Shown: piece after piece, positions 37,691 to 48,407 of the stretch
How the letters are laid out: each line of letters begins with the position of its first letter
Numbering within the stretch: position 1 is the stretch's first letter
Made by a program: the position numbers and the translations under genes
Origin: Ancylonema sp.
Lineage: Eukaryota
Direction: 5' to 3'
Assembly (NCBI GenBank): GCA_050230475.1
Contig: JBFLGF010000186.1
Location: 1 to 58,000 of the forward strand
DNA length: 58,000 bases
The notes under the pieces: generated by a model
What the model saw: the letters and a program-made list of their open reading frames with translations, nothing else
Databases searched by the model: none
Told to the model about the DNA's origin: nothing

Positions 37691-37755
37691 GCGAAAATGC
37701 GTTGATGGTTTTTCATGATAGGTGTTGTTGTAATAAATATTTGAGTGACGAAATA

Positions 37756-38026
37756 CCGTACTGGGCACCGTAAATAATTTTTAATTAATTATTGAAACCC
37801 GAAATCAATAATTTGTATTAATACCTATAAGGTCGGAATCAGTAACCAAAAATCATTGATATTAATACCACTTTTGGATTTGTTTTGATTTTTGTATGTA
37901 GGTTTCCAAAAATGACTGCCAAAAATCATCAATAATAACTACCGGATTCCCGGAATCTTTCTTACAAATCATTAACAAATTAATTCGTTTTGAAAATACA
38001 GAAATCATTTACGGTGCCCAGTACGG
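37756..38026. mobile_element. 271-bp MITE with CCGTA termini and TA TSD
   Basis: Perfect 20-bp TIR ccgtactgggcaccgtaaat; TA on both flanks; AT-rich interior. Confidence 0.9.
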
Positions 38027-40166
38027 TAAGTTGATTTGGAGTTGTGGTTAGAGAGATATCGAGTTTACAAATATAGCGTTTTGAGTGCTATTAGGTGGGC
38101 GGATAATACGAGGTCGAAACTTTGAAGTGACCGATACGCGTCGTCTGTGGTCAGAATTGGGTAATTCTTTGTGTGATGTGTTTCATTTCGAAAGATACAC
38201 GTGGTGACAGTAGCTGGAATATTTTGGACGTGTGTAAGTTTTGGCTGGTCAACGTGTCGACGTTTGTAGTCACTAGTTGAGACATTGTGACACGTACACG
38301 TAGGTGACAAGTGGATAGCATGTTTAGAGGCCGTGAGCTGTCGATCCCAGAAGTTGCATATTGAGAGTCGTGTGTGGTAGCAAACGCATGTAATAAGGGT
38401 CTTTGGAACCCACACACTTCTCTATTATCTTGTCGAAGTATTCATGGCGTTTTGTTGGATGAGTTTCAGAATTGTACGTATGAGTACTTGACTTTTAATT
38501 AAGAAGAGTAGTGCAGTTCAACATGTCATAACATGCTACTTGAGTGGGGATGGCGGGTAATAGCGGCAAAGTGTGTTGATGGAGTGAGGGTGCGAGTGGA
38601 GGATGTGCCAGAGGACGTTGAGCAAGGATGGTCTACACATCGAGAATCCTCACTTGTTGATCATCAATAGCAGCAACCCTCTAAACTCATTCAAACCGTT
38701 GATTTTCACGGACATGGAGAGCTGCATGTAGAGAAGTAGTGAGGTTTCCATTGTGCCTGGAAATTGTTTTGTGTCGCTAGTAGCACCGGTGTAAGTAATG
38801 AGATATTTTTCATTTGCGAGCACCCTTGCAAATAGGCACATAAACGTCTTCTTGTATTTATTGCATGCTGTTGACTACTAGTGAGTAGTTGAGTTTTGGC
38901 TGTAGACGAAAGAGATTGAGAAGTTGTGTCTGTAGATGTTCATCTAATATTGGTTAGTTGGCTACTATACTTAATGCAACAATGGTTCAAAATGTGCAAC
39001 ATTTTATTGGTCATTCCATGCATTTCATTGCGTTTCATCCACACAAATAAACTAGCTTTGCTTCCTTACTTTGGGGTCAGTTACCGTGCGACAATATGAG
39101 TCACACTCTATATGGGCTACTCAACATGCATAGCCAAGACTTGAATAAAACATCACCCAATTAATGCCAAATTGAAAAAAACATCCTTTCACGCACTTCA
39201 TCGGGCGGGGTCAACCACGTGGAATTGCAACGGCCACCGCCACTCACACCAAAAAAAAAACTCAATTAACATGGATGTATGCATGGAACTCCTCACGTGA
39301 TACTTCCGAGTGTGTCCGTGTTGTGTATTGTTTCATGTACAACACCCTTCGTGTTGTTTGGAGTCGGCCGTCTGAAATGATATTCTTCATACTTTGTCCC
39401 TTTGTTCCCGGATGTTTCTCAGAAGGATGCATGTGGTAATGCTCGTGGTGGTGTAACGATGATGTCAACTGGATTGGTATCGATGATGTTCGTAGGTGAT
39501 TGAAGGGTTTCTGGTGGACTTGGTGGTCCGGTTGCTCCCACTCCCCCCCCTTAGCTGTGGAACGCTTGTGAAGGAGCTGGGAAACAGCAGCAGACGAGTT
39601 GGTATAAGAACATGATAAAAGTTCGTCGTGGTTGAGTGGCAGGACTTTGAGGTGAAAGGGAGACAGGATCATCAGTGGTGGATAATCTTGTACTTAGTAA
39701 TGCGAACAGTGCATCAGGGTCAGGTTGCAGATTCGTGAGTATCGGTAGGAATGGTAAAATCATCCAGATATGTATAAATGGTATGTTCATAATCAGGGGA
39801 AGATGGTACTTTTAGCAATTCTGGTAAACTATCGGGTATGTTGAGAGAATCCGAGGGTGTGGATATCGAGGTAGAATATGGTGATGAAGAAAAATGTAGT
39901 TGTACAGGTGGTACTGAATTTGGTTCCGATGGGTGGTATTGAAAAGTGTGGTTGGGAAAGGAGAAATCGTCATGCTGTTTTTGATGATGTTTCCTCGTTA
40001 CACTCGTTCCGAGTGTTACTCGGTTGACCACGTAAGGACTAGAGACCAGAATGTCGTGGACCAGGAAGATCAAGTTTGATCGTTGAGTTTCTAGGCCTTA
40101 ATTTGGTTCTCGAAACTGGTTAGGTTGAATTTGAGGACCGTGGTCGTGGTCCGGGTTTCGATACCA

Positions 40167-40957
40167 TGTTAGGTCCTAAATTGTTTTGTTGACTTTTGAT
40201 TGCAACTGGTTTGGTCGTGAGTTGTGGTTGACTGTTGACTTTCAAATTGGATTTGTTCCGTCCGTGTGGTTGTGTATGATTGGTGGACATTCGCTGACCA
40301 GAGGATCTAGTGTCCCTCCCCCCCAGAGTTGAGGTTGGTAAATACCTTAGTTCCGAGGTGAGGGGTGATCCCTATGGTTTGGTGCCCTGGAGGATCTCTG
40401 CCAGGAACATGATAAGTCGTCCATCCATCATGTGACCCAAGTGAGATGCGCGCATGGAGTCGAGAATGCGGCCATGGGCTGTGTATCCCACAAGTCGTCC
40501 AAGAGCTCGCTCAATCTCGAATGGGGAAGGTGGAACATACTGCTGAGAAGGTGCATCGAAAAGCATACCGATTCCGGGTCGTCCACCCGATCGCAGCGTA
40601 TAGTTGAAAGTCTAGAGGTAAGGACTCAGAGTAGGATACACCGCCAAGCGGTTGCCCATGCGGTTGATCGGATGGTTCACCGAGTCGGAAAGTGTCAGGA
40701 TTTGTGCAGTGTGCCCCGGTTGAAGGAGATTCTGCAGTGGCTCTCGATTTTACCTGGTGGGTTGCGCAAGTTCGAGCTCGCGTGGTGTAATGCTAATGTG
40801 CGGTTTGGAGTCGGTTGCTTATAATGAGGTTATAGGGGTATATCTGAGTTACATGGTTATCAAGGTGTGGTCTTGGTGGTATGCTTTGTTGATGTATCTC
40901 TTTACTCGTCGTGGTGTCGATGTCGATAGTAGACGTAGTATGGCTCTGCTGCTCTCA
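40167..40957 (-). repeat. LTR (~790 bp) of the minus-strand Gypsy element
   Basis: On the minus strand it starts TG directly after the PPT (G-run + ag) at 40958 and ends ..cctaaCA, followed by PBS-like tggtatcgaaac (40166-40155). Confidence 0.7.
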
Positions 40958-43905
40958 CTCCCCCCCCCGAGCTGTGGAATTCTCGTGGAAGAGCTGGGTA
41001 TTTGGAGCAGCGTCATCGTGGTGGTGAGGACAGAACCATTGTCCTGCAGGAATGCTAGGTAATGGAGGACGAAGGGAGTAGATGTGGTAGCCGTCGTTGC
41101 AGTTATCACAGAGAATGATGTTGCGTTCATCTTTGCAGGATCCGCATTGACGACATAATGTAGGGTCTGTGCTGTTGAAGCGGCTCACGTCAATTTCATC
41201 ATCCTGAATGCTGAAGCTACATGGTGATATGTTGGCCATTTGCTCCCATATTCTTCGTCCATCTTTGCCTTGAAGTTGAATGTATCCGGAGGGACGGATT
41301 TGAGTGATCTTTAGTATTTGTGGGTGAGTTTTTACATCGAGAGTCCCTTTGGTCTTGCGTTTGACATAAACAAACTGTCTGCGGTGAAAGCGTGGTTTTG
41401 CTCTGGCCCAGTTGCCACTATGAACTCGGAATTATTGATGTCGATCTCTTTGTTGTGCTATGGCGAGGTTGCGCATAGCGAGAGGCATGACTTCCTCAAA
41501 TAGTTTGCTGCGTTCGTGAATGAATTGTGGTAAGTCACGTAGTGCGTCGGAAAAAGGTTCATTTTCAGCTTGTTGGATTTGAGCTTGAAAGATGGGGTGT
41601 CTTCCATATAGTAAATAGTATGGTGAGTAACCGGTAGAGGCTTGTTTGGTCATGCACGGTAACCCATGGCTACGTATGGTAGGTACAGATCCCAATCTGT
41701 GCGGTGTTCTTTGAGTAGTATTTTGCGTAGAGAAAGTTTCATGGTTTGTACCATGCGTTCAGCTAATCCATCTGTGTGGATGTTCTCTGGCCGCAGTGCG
41801 GTGTGTGATGTTGTGTCCAGCTAGTAAACTGGTGAAAGAACCTTCAAATTCTGCTCCTTGATCGGTGAGGATTTCTCCTGGTGCACCAAATCTGGAAAAC
41901 ATTGTATAATAGTGCGTGGCTGCAGATTTGGCAGATTTACCCTTGAGTGGAGAGTTCCACCCAAGTGAAGTGTTCAACACAAATCATGACCTAGATATTG
42001 CCATTTGTGGATGTGGGTAATGGTCTTGCGAAGTCGACTTCCAAGCGGAAAATAAAATAGTCCACGTATAGGCAGAGGTTGTAGTTGTGTTCTCCCTTTT
42101 GCAAATGTGCCTTTCGAGCTAGAACAGTTGACACAGTCTTTGATACACTAAATGACTTGGTCACCAATAGTCTTGTTGAGGTGCATGAAGTACTCTATTG
42201 ACACCAAAATGACCATAGCGAGTGTGCATGGTATTGACCAATGGTAATCTTTATGGTGGTGGAGGTACAATTTTCAAATGTCCAGTGTGTGGTATTGTGT
42301 ATACATATCTCCCCATCCAGCGGTATTTGAGTGCTCGGCGGTATGCCCGATCCTTTTGTTGTTGGTTCAGAGTTGGTATGCATTGGTGGGTTTTGAGTAA
42401 TGTCATGGTAGCATTATCATCCCAAATGTCAACTTTGAGGTCTTCAGGTTGTGGTGTTTCCTGGTGGTAACCGAGGTAGTATGATGGTGATACTTGAAGA
42501 GTTGGAGATGTATGGAAGTAATGACATGGTGTTTTCTCTCCCAGTGTCTCAATCTCATGGTTGTGTGTAGTGGTTTTAGGTAGTGGACATCGGCTACATC
42601 CATCCGCGTTAGAGTTTGCAATGCCATGGCGGTGAATAACCTAGAATTCGTTTTCTTAGAGTAGAAGTGCCCATCGTGCCAATTTGCCCGTAAGTTTTGT
42701 AGTAATCATAATCCATTTGAGTGGAGCATGGTCAGTGATCAAGGTAAATGGTTTGCCAAACAAGAATTGTCTGAAGTGTTGTGCTGCCCAAATGACCGCA
42801 AGACACTTTCCATGGAAGCTACTGTAGTTTTTCTCTGCGTTGTTGCAGTTGCGGCTGGCAAATGCGAGTGCATATTCTTGTCTTTCGTTATCAACCTGAC
42901 CGAGTACAGTACCTAATCCATGAGCACTCCAATCGGTAGCCAGAATGTATGGTAAGTTGGTATCATGTCGTCTAAAGACAGGTTCAGAGCAGAGATTGTT
43001 TTTGAGTTATTTGAATGCAGTATCTTGAGAGTCATCCGAGTTCTTTTTGACATCACCTTTGAGAAGTCCATTGAGTGGTGAAGCAATACTAGAAAAGTGT
43101 GGTACAAATTTGCGGTAGTAAGAAAATATTCCCAGGGCTGCTCGTAGTTGGTGAATATCCTTGGGTGCAGGTATATTCTGGATTGCTCTGGTCTTCTCAT
43201 CTTGTGGTGCAATACATTTACCTGAGATCTTGTGTCCCAAGAAATCCATCTCATCTGCAAAGAATAAACATTTGCCTGGATGACATTTGAGTTTGAATTG
43301 TCGCAGGTAGTGAAACACCTGGCGTAGATGTTGAATGTGGTCGTCGAAAGTGCTGCTCTAGTTGCTAATGTCATCAATATGGCACCGGGAGTTGCGAAGT
43401 CCGGCTAAGATGCGGTCCATAGTGCGTTGAAAGAAAGGAGGTGTATTTTTCAACCCGTATGGTACGACATTCCATTCATATAGTTGACGGTTTGCTCCCC
43501 AAAATGCAGTTTTACATTTGTCTTCCTCAGCGATTGGTATTTGGTGGTACCCTTGTCGTAAGTCCAGTTTGGAAAAGATCTAAGCATCCTTCATATCAAG
43601 AAAAATATCCTCAATGCGTGGTAATTGATATCTGTCCTGTTGTGTTTGGTTGTTGATAAGGCGGTAATCTCCACATTGACGATAGTCTGTGTAGTTGCCT
43701 TCTTCATCCTTCTTGCGAACAACGACTGTGGCGGAAGCGCAATGGTTGCTATCGCTTTTTCGAATCATACCAAGTTCCAGAAGTTTTTGTCAGTTGCCGC
43801 GCACAAATCCCCATTCTGTTTCAGACAGGCGGTGTGAGTTTTGGAAAATTGGTTGTGTAGTTTGGTGTGGTATTTCCATAGGTGTATTGGATCTTGGCGC
43901 TACAA
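40958..43905 (-). mobile_element. 5'-truncated, decayed Ty3/Gypsy pol: RT, RNase H, integrase and C-terminal PHD finger
   Basis: RT VVVRKKD..RQCGDYRLIN..DRYQLPRIEDI, LKCHPGKC..FLGHKI..LRAALGIFSYYRKFV; integrase FGAPGEILTDQGAEF, TGYSPYYLLYGRHP; PHD CRQC..LCDNCNDGYH..PPL..IPAGQWFCP; PPT follows. Confidence 0.88.
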
Positions 43906-44199
43906 ATTTAGACGTCAAGTATTCTACGGCTGGATTTTATCGCCGGGATACTATCGACAAGTCAAAAATATCATCGTCGATAACAATGTTGCGCTAAGCG
44001 CTGAAAAATCGACACATAGTCTAAATTGTACGACTGCTGGATATTACATTCGGAAAATACGCCACGCGTTATTTTCGAGTTTACAAAAAGTTGTTGGATT
44101 TTGCGGAGAACTGATTCTAACTTCACACAAAATTATGAAATCTTTATATCGAATCTGATTGCTTTTGACAAGGTATTTTAGTAGAGAGGTCTGGATATT

Positions 44200-45246
44200 G
44201 TTTACAAAGGGGTTTTACCCTTAACGATCTCTAGCGTCATGACAGGGGTGCTGAAGCGGGGCTCGAGGAGCAGAGCATCGCGGATCGGGTGATGGCGAGG
44301 CGAGGGGTAAACTTTGCTGAGTTTGGGGATATGTGTTGATGTGATGGGGAAGAGTTGGATGAGGATGTCATTGACGCTATTGCATGTGGACAGATGCCTG
44401 TTGACAACTGTGAGCCTTCCTGTTTTTTCACGGGATTTAATGGGCCAGTTGATCCAGGTTATGTTCTTGCTAGCCAGACAGCTAACTCTTATGACCCCCT
44501 TACCCTTAACCAAGAAAAAAAAAGACCTGACTGGCAGCAGTGGGAGGACGCGATTCAGACTGAGCTGTAGTCACTGGAGGACTTCAAAACTTTCGAAATA
44601 AGTGTGTTTCCCCCCGGAAAGCAGCCTGTTGGCTGTAAGTACGTTTTCAAACTCAAACTCTTGCCTTCTGGTGAGATAGAGAGGCATAGGGTCAGGCTGG
44701 TAGCTCACGGATTTCTGCAACAAGAGGGTGTAGACTATAACGAGGTTTTTGCACCTGTCGTAGATAGCACTTTCATTTCCTTGCTGCTTGCTATAGCTAA
44801 CCAAAATGACTGGGAGATTGAGGGTATGGACGTAGTGACTGCCTTTTTGCATGGCAGGCTAGAGGAAGAGGTTTACATGACGATTCCCTCGGGTATGCAA
44901 ATCGCAGGTGGTAGTGAGGGCGAGGTGTTAAGACTGCGAGGTGCCCTATATGGCCTTAAACAAAGTAGCTACGTCTGGGCTAAGCTGTTTAGTGAGTTCA
45001 TGCTGATAGTGGGGTTCAAACAATCTATTATGGACACTTGTATATATACCAGGGGTGAGGGTCAGAGCAGGATTATTTTGGGTATTCACGTAGATGATCA
45101 AGTCATTGTAGGTCCTAATAAGAAGGTCATTGCAGAGTTCAAGAAGGAGTTAGGGTCCGCTTTCAAGATGAAAGACTTAGGTCCCCTAACCCACATCCTG
45201 GGGGTGGAAGTGAGACGTGACAGGGGGTGCAAGATGCTAACGCTTT
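44200..45246 (+). mobile_element. Ty1/Copia reverse transcriptase fragment
   Basis: WEDAIQTEL*SL, VGCKYVFKLK, RVRLVAHGF.Q.EGVDYNEVFAPV, MDVVTAFLHG, LYGLKQ, ILGIHVDD, FKMKDLG; truncated at both ends. Confidence 0.9.
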
Positions 45247-45269
45247 TCATAATGTTTTTTCAAAACTAA

Positions 45270-46901
45270 TTCACAGCGTCGAATATACGAGACTGATCCA
45301 GACAACACGCGAATAGTCACAATTGATGATCCACAAATCAATTTCTCTGTTCCCCCCCCCCATAATTCAGAGTAATTTTCCAGCAACCGATCTGTACAAA
45401 TTTCAGAAGATTTGTTGGAGAATCGACTAGATGCGGGTAAATCGTGTCACCGGAACTCAACAAGGTAGGGTTATAGTCAATCGCCAGTCACGATAAAACG
45501 ACTTATTGCCAATAACGAACAGGATGGTGCGGTGTACACGTTCTCAGTGCGTTATAGTGAGTCTTGAATGACGATGATCGAATATTTGTGGCGACAGGCG
45601 AAAAGTAGATGCGCCGCGCTTGTGCATAGCAATTTAGGAGCTTGTGTATAGCAAAGCCTTTACTTTATTCGCACTCCACCAAAAATACTATTCGCACACC
45701 AGGCGCAAGTTTTACAGTTCTGCCACTGTAAAAGTGACGCTGTAACGCGAACAAATTCACGGATCCCACGGTCTCTCCCGATACTACACGACTGCCCGCT
45801 GAGTAACCGATATAACACACGTAATAAATGTCGTGTGGTTCATGTCTCGTTAGTGCGGGTTCACGCCTGCCGGTGCCCCCTCTGCCCTACCCTCACTCGC
45901 TGAATCGCTGCCACGAATGAATCGCATCGCGTGCATTCATCTTTATATTCATAAAATTTACGATGGATCGGTTGCTATAACCTCAAAGTATAATCCATAA
46001 ATTTAAAAATGAAATAAAAAAAGAGAGAGACTCTTCGCATGCGTTTTCGCTTGAAAGACTATTTCTTAAATTTCTTACTATTCTGATATTAAAAGTCTGT
46101 GCCATAACGTATCAGATGAAGCTACTCATGCCAGAATTTCAGTGGACATCTCCGATCTCAATTTAGATTTGAATCGGCGAAGAGCGGATAAATCGTATAT
46201 TGCGGATGACGACAGCCCGCAGAGAAAGTTACGCAGACAGAGTCGGGGTGCAGTAGAGGCCAAAATTGAGTGGGAGAAGAGGCTACCAGTCATTTCTTGG
46301 CGTTTCGCTGATGTGGCACACACACGTGCTGATAAGTTACAACGGAAATTGCTGCAAGGGGAGGCGCATTACTCGTCATAGCGTGCACCGGGTTAATTGT
46401 TTGTGTACAACGAATATTTCTCGATCGGCAGTGGCGAAACCTGTAAATCTTGCGCCTGGAGTGCGAATAGTGTTTTTGGTGGAGTGCGAATAACGCTACC
46501 CAACTAATTAGGGCTTTGCTATACACAAGCTCCTAAATTGCTATGCACAAGCGCGGCGCATCTACTTTTCGCTTGTCGCCACAAATATTCGATCATCGTC
46601 ATTCAAGACTCACTATAACGCACTGAGAACATGTACACCGCACCACCCTGTTCGTTATTGGAAATAAGTCGCTTTATCGTGACTGGCGACTGACTGTGGC
46701 CCTACCCCGTTGAGTTCCGGTGACACGATTTACCCGCATCTAGTCGATTCTCCAGCAATTCTTCTGAAATTTGTACAGATCGGTAGCTAGAAAAGTACCT
46801 CTGAATCATAGGGGAAAAAAACAGAGAAATCGATCCGTGGATCATCAATTGTGACTATTCGCGCGTTGTCTGGATCAATCTCGTATATTCGACGCTGTGA
46901 A
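45270..46901. repeat. Long inverted repeat: arms ~45270-45728 and ~46429-46901, ~700-bp spacer
   Basis: Arms are reverse complements, e.g. tcacagcgtcgaatatacgag versus ctcgtatattcgacgctgtga, and cttgtgtatagcaaagcc versus ggctttgctatacacaag. Confidence 0.9.
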
Positions 46902-47142
46902 ATGTTTTGTCGTTCAAATATTGATTTGTAATTTTTTTCTGAAAGCCAACAGTGTGATAAATCTTACGCATCTCTCCGGTGCTAAATTGAAGTAGAATTG
47001 ATGCAAAGCGAATAAATCGTAGTCTGCTATGCCTTCCGGAAAAAGTCGGGAGCAGGAGAGGCCGCAGAGGAATTTTCGTACGTAGAATCGGGAGAGGCCG
47101 CCGGCCCGAGTGACGTTGTTTCGCGTTATAGCGGTAGTTTCG

Positions 47143-47256
47143 AACATTTGTGGCGACAAGCGAAAAGTAGATGCGCCGCGCTTGTGCATAGTAATTCAGG
47201 TGCTTGTGTATAGCAAAGCCCATTATTTTTTGGCGCATTATCTCTGGCCGCTACGG
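47143..47256. mobile_element. Terminus of a CCGTA-type TIR element, carrying a third partial copy of the inverted-repeat arm
   Basis: The end reads (reverse complement) ccgtagcggccagagataatg, similar to the TIR at 30206/31480, and is followed by TA; 47143-47220 repeats 45580-45658. Confidence 0.6.
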
Positions 47257-47276
47257 TATACCGAGACTGCACTGTA

Positions 47277-47836
47277 GAGTGAACCCTTGATATAGTAACA
47301 CTTGATATATTGACAATCACGATACAGTGACATTTTTTCTGCCCTTTTTCTAATCCTATATAAAAACCCACTCAATATAGTGACAATCGCTATAGTGACA
47401 CACGTTGTAGTGACTAAATTTTCCCAGATTTCACTATTGAGATGTCACTATAGAGTGAAACTTGTCTAAATTAACGTTGCGAAAATTAATAACCACCCAA
47501 GTCTATCATAAAACAATTAATTTAAAATTAATAACCTGTATGAAATCATGTTTTGTACATGTCCTGGCATTATTACTTCAAAAAGGTTTTATTGTAGCGA
47601 GTACATATTAGAACAAACGCCATACAGATGACCAACCTTCTTCAAGAAAAATCTCTCCGCACCCGATCTGGTTGCTCAAAATAACCTAAAATTCACTTTC
47701 CTTCGATCTAGTGACATTGGCTCAATGTAGACCTTTCAAATGTCACTATATAGTGTATAGTGACACCCCTGGCATTCGATATAGTGACATTATTTTCCAC
47801 TGTCTATGAAGTTGTCACTATATCAAGGGTTTACTG
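47277..47836. mobile_element. Pogo/Tigger-like MITE (560 bp)
   Basis: TIR gagtgaacccttgatatagtaaca versus reverse-complemented end cagtaaacccttgatatagtgaca; TA TSD on both sides; repeated internal tagtgaca motifs. Confidence 0.85.
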
Positions 47837-48407
47837 TACTATAATCGGAAATCCGAAATGCGCTCCGAGCCACAATCTTGGGCCAAAAGTTGGTTTCGTT
47901 GGTTTCGTTGGTTCCGGCCTGATTTCCGTGCAATAACTTTTCACAACAGGTTCACACGCTTGGCGGGTATGCGAAAGGTGGGCCACGTACTGTTTTGGGC
48001 TGTAGTGTAGCAGCAACCCGATTTTTTCGCTGCTGTTTGTCCTTCCTGGCCGTCCCTTCTGACCAGAATTTTTACGGCAGGGGATTTTTTATGTAGAAGG
48101 ACCGTCGACGTCACCAGAAACCGGTGCTGTTGCGTGGCATCATCGCAGAACTCCATTTCGGGCCTTGAGAGCTCCTTTCAAAAATCTGGTATGCACCGCG
48201 ACAACCGTTTCTCCCGTTAAACTACCCCCGCCCGCTTCGGACGAGGGGAGAGGCAGTGATAGGGACCACTGAGGGCACAAAGCAAGCATGGCCCAGTCAA
48301 TGACAGTGCAGGCCAAGACACAAACGGGCTTAGATTAGTAGGGTACACCCTGTGGACTATATGAGCGGCGGGAGGGGGGCATCTGTAGTCGGAAATTCAA
48401 CCGTTTG

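Noticed and set aside
38030..39260. Possible additional TE relic or LTR
   Set aside because: No termini, TSD or protein motif could be supported.
40372..40824. Extra or env-like ORFs downstream of the PHD-Gypsy pol
   Set aside because: They fall between the PPT and the CA/PBS boundary, i.e. inside the inferred LTR, and are short with no motifs.
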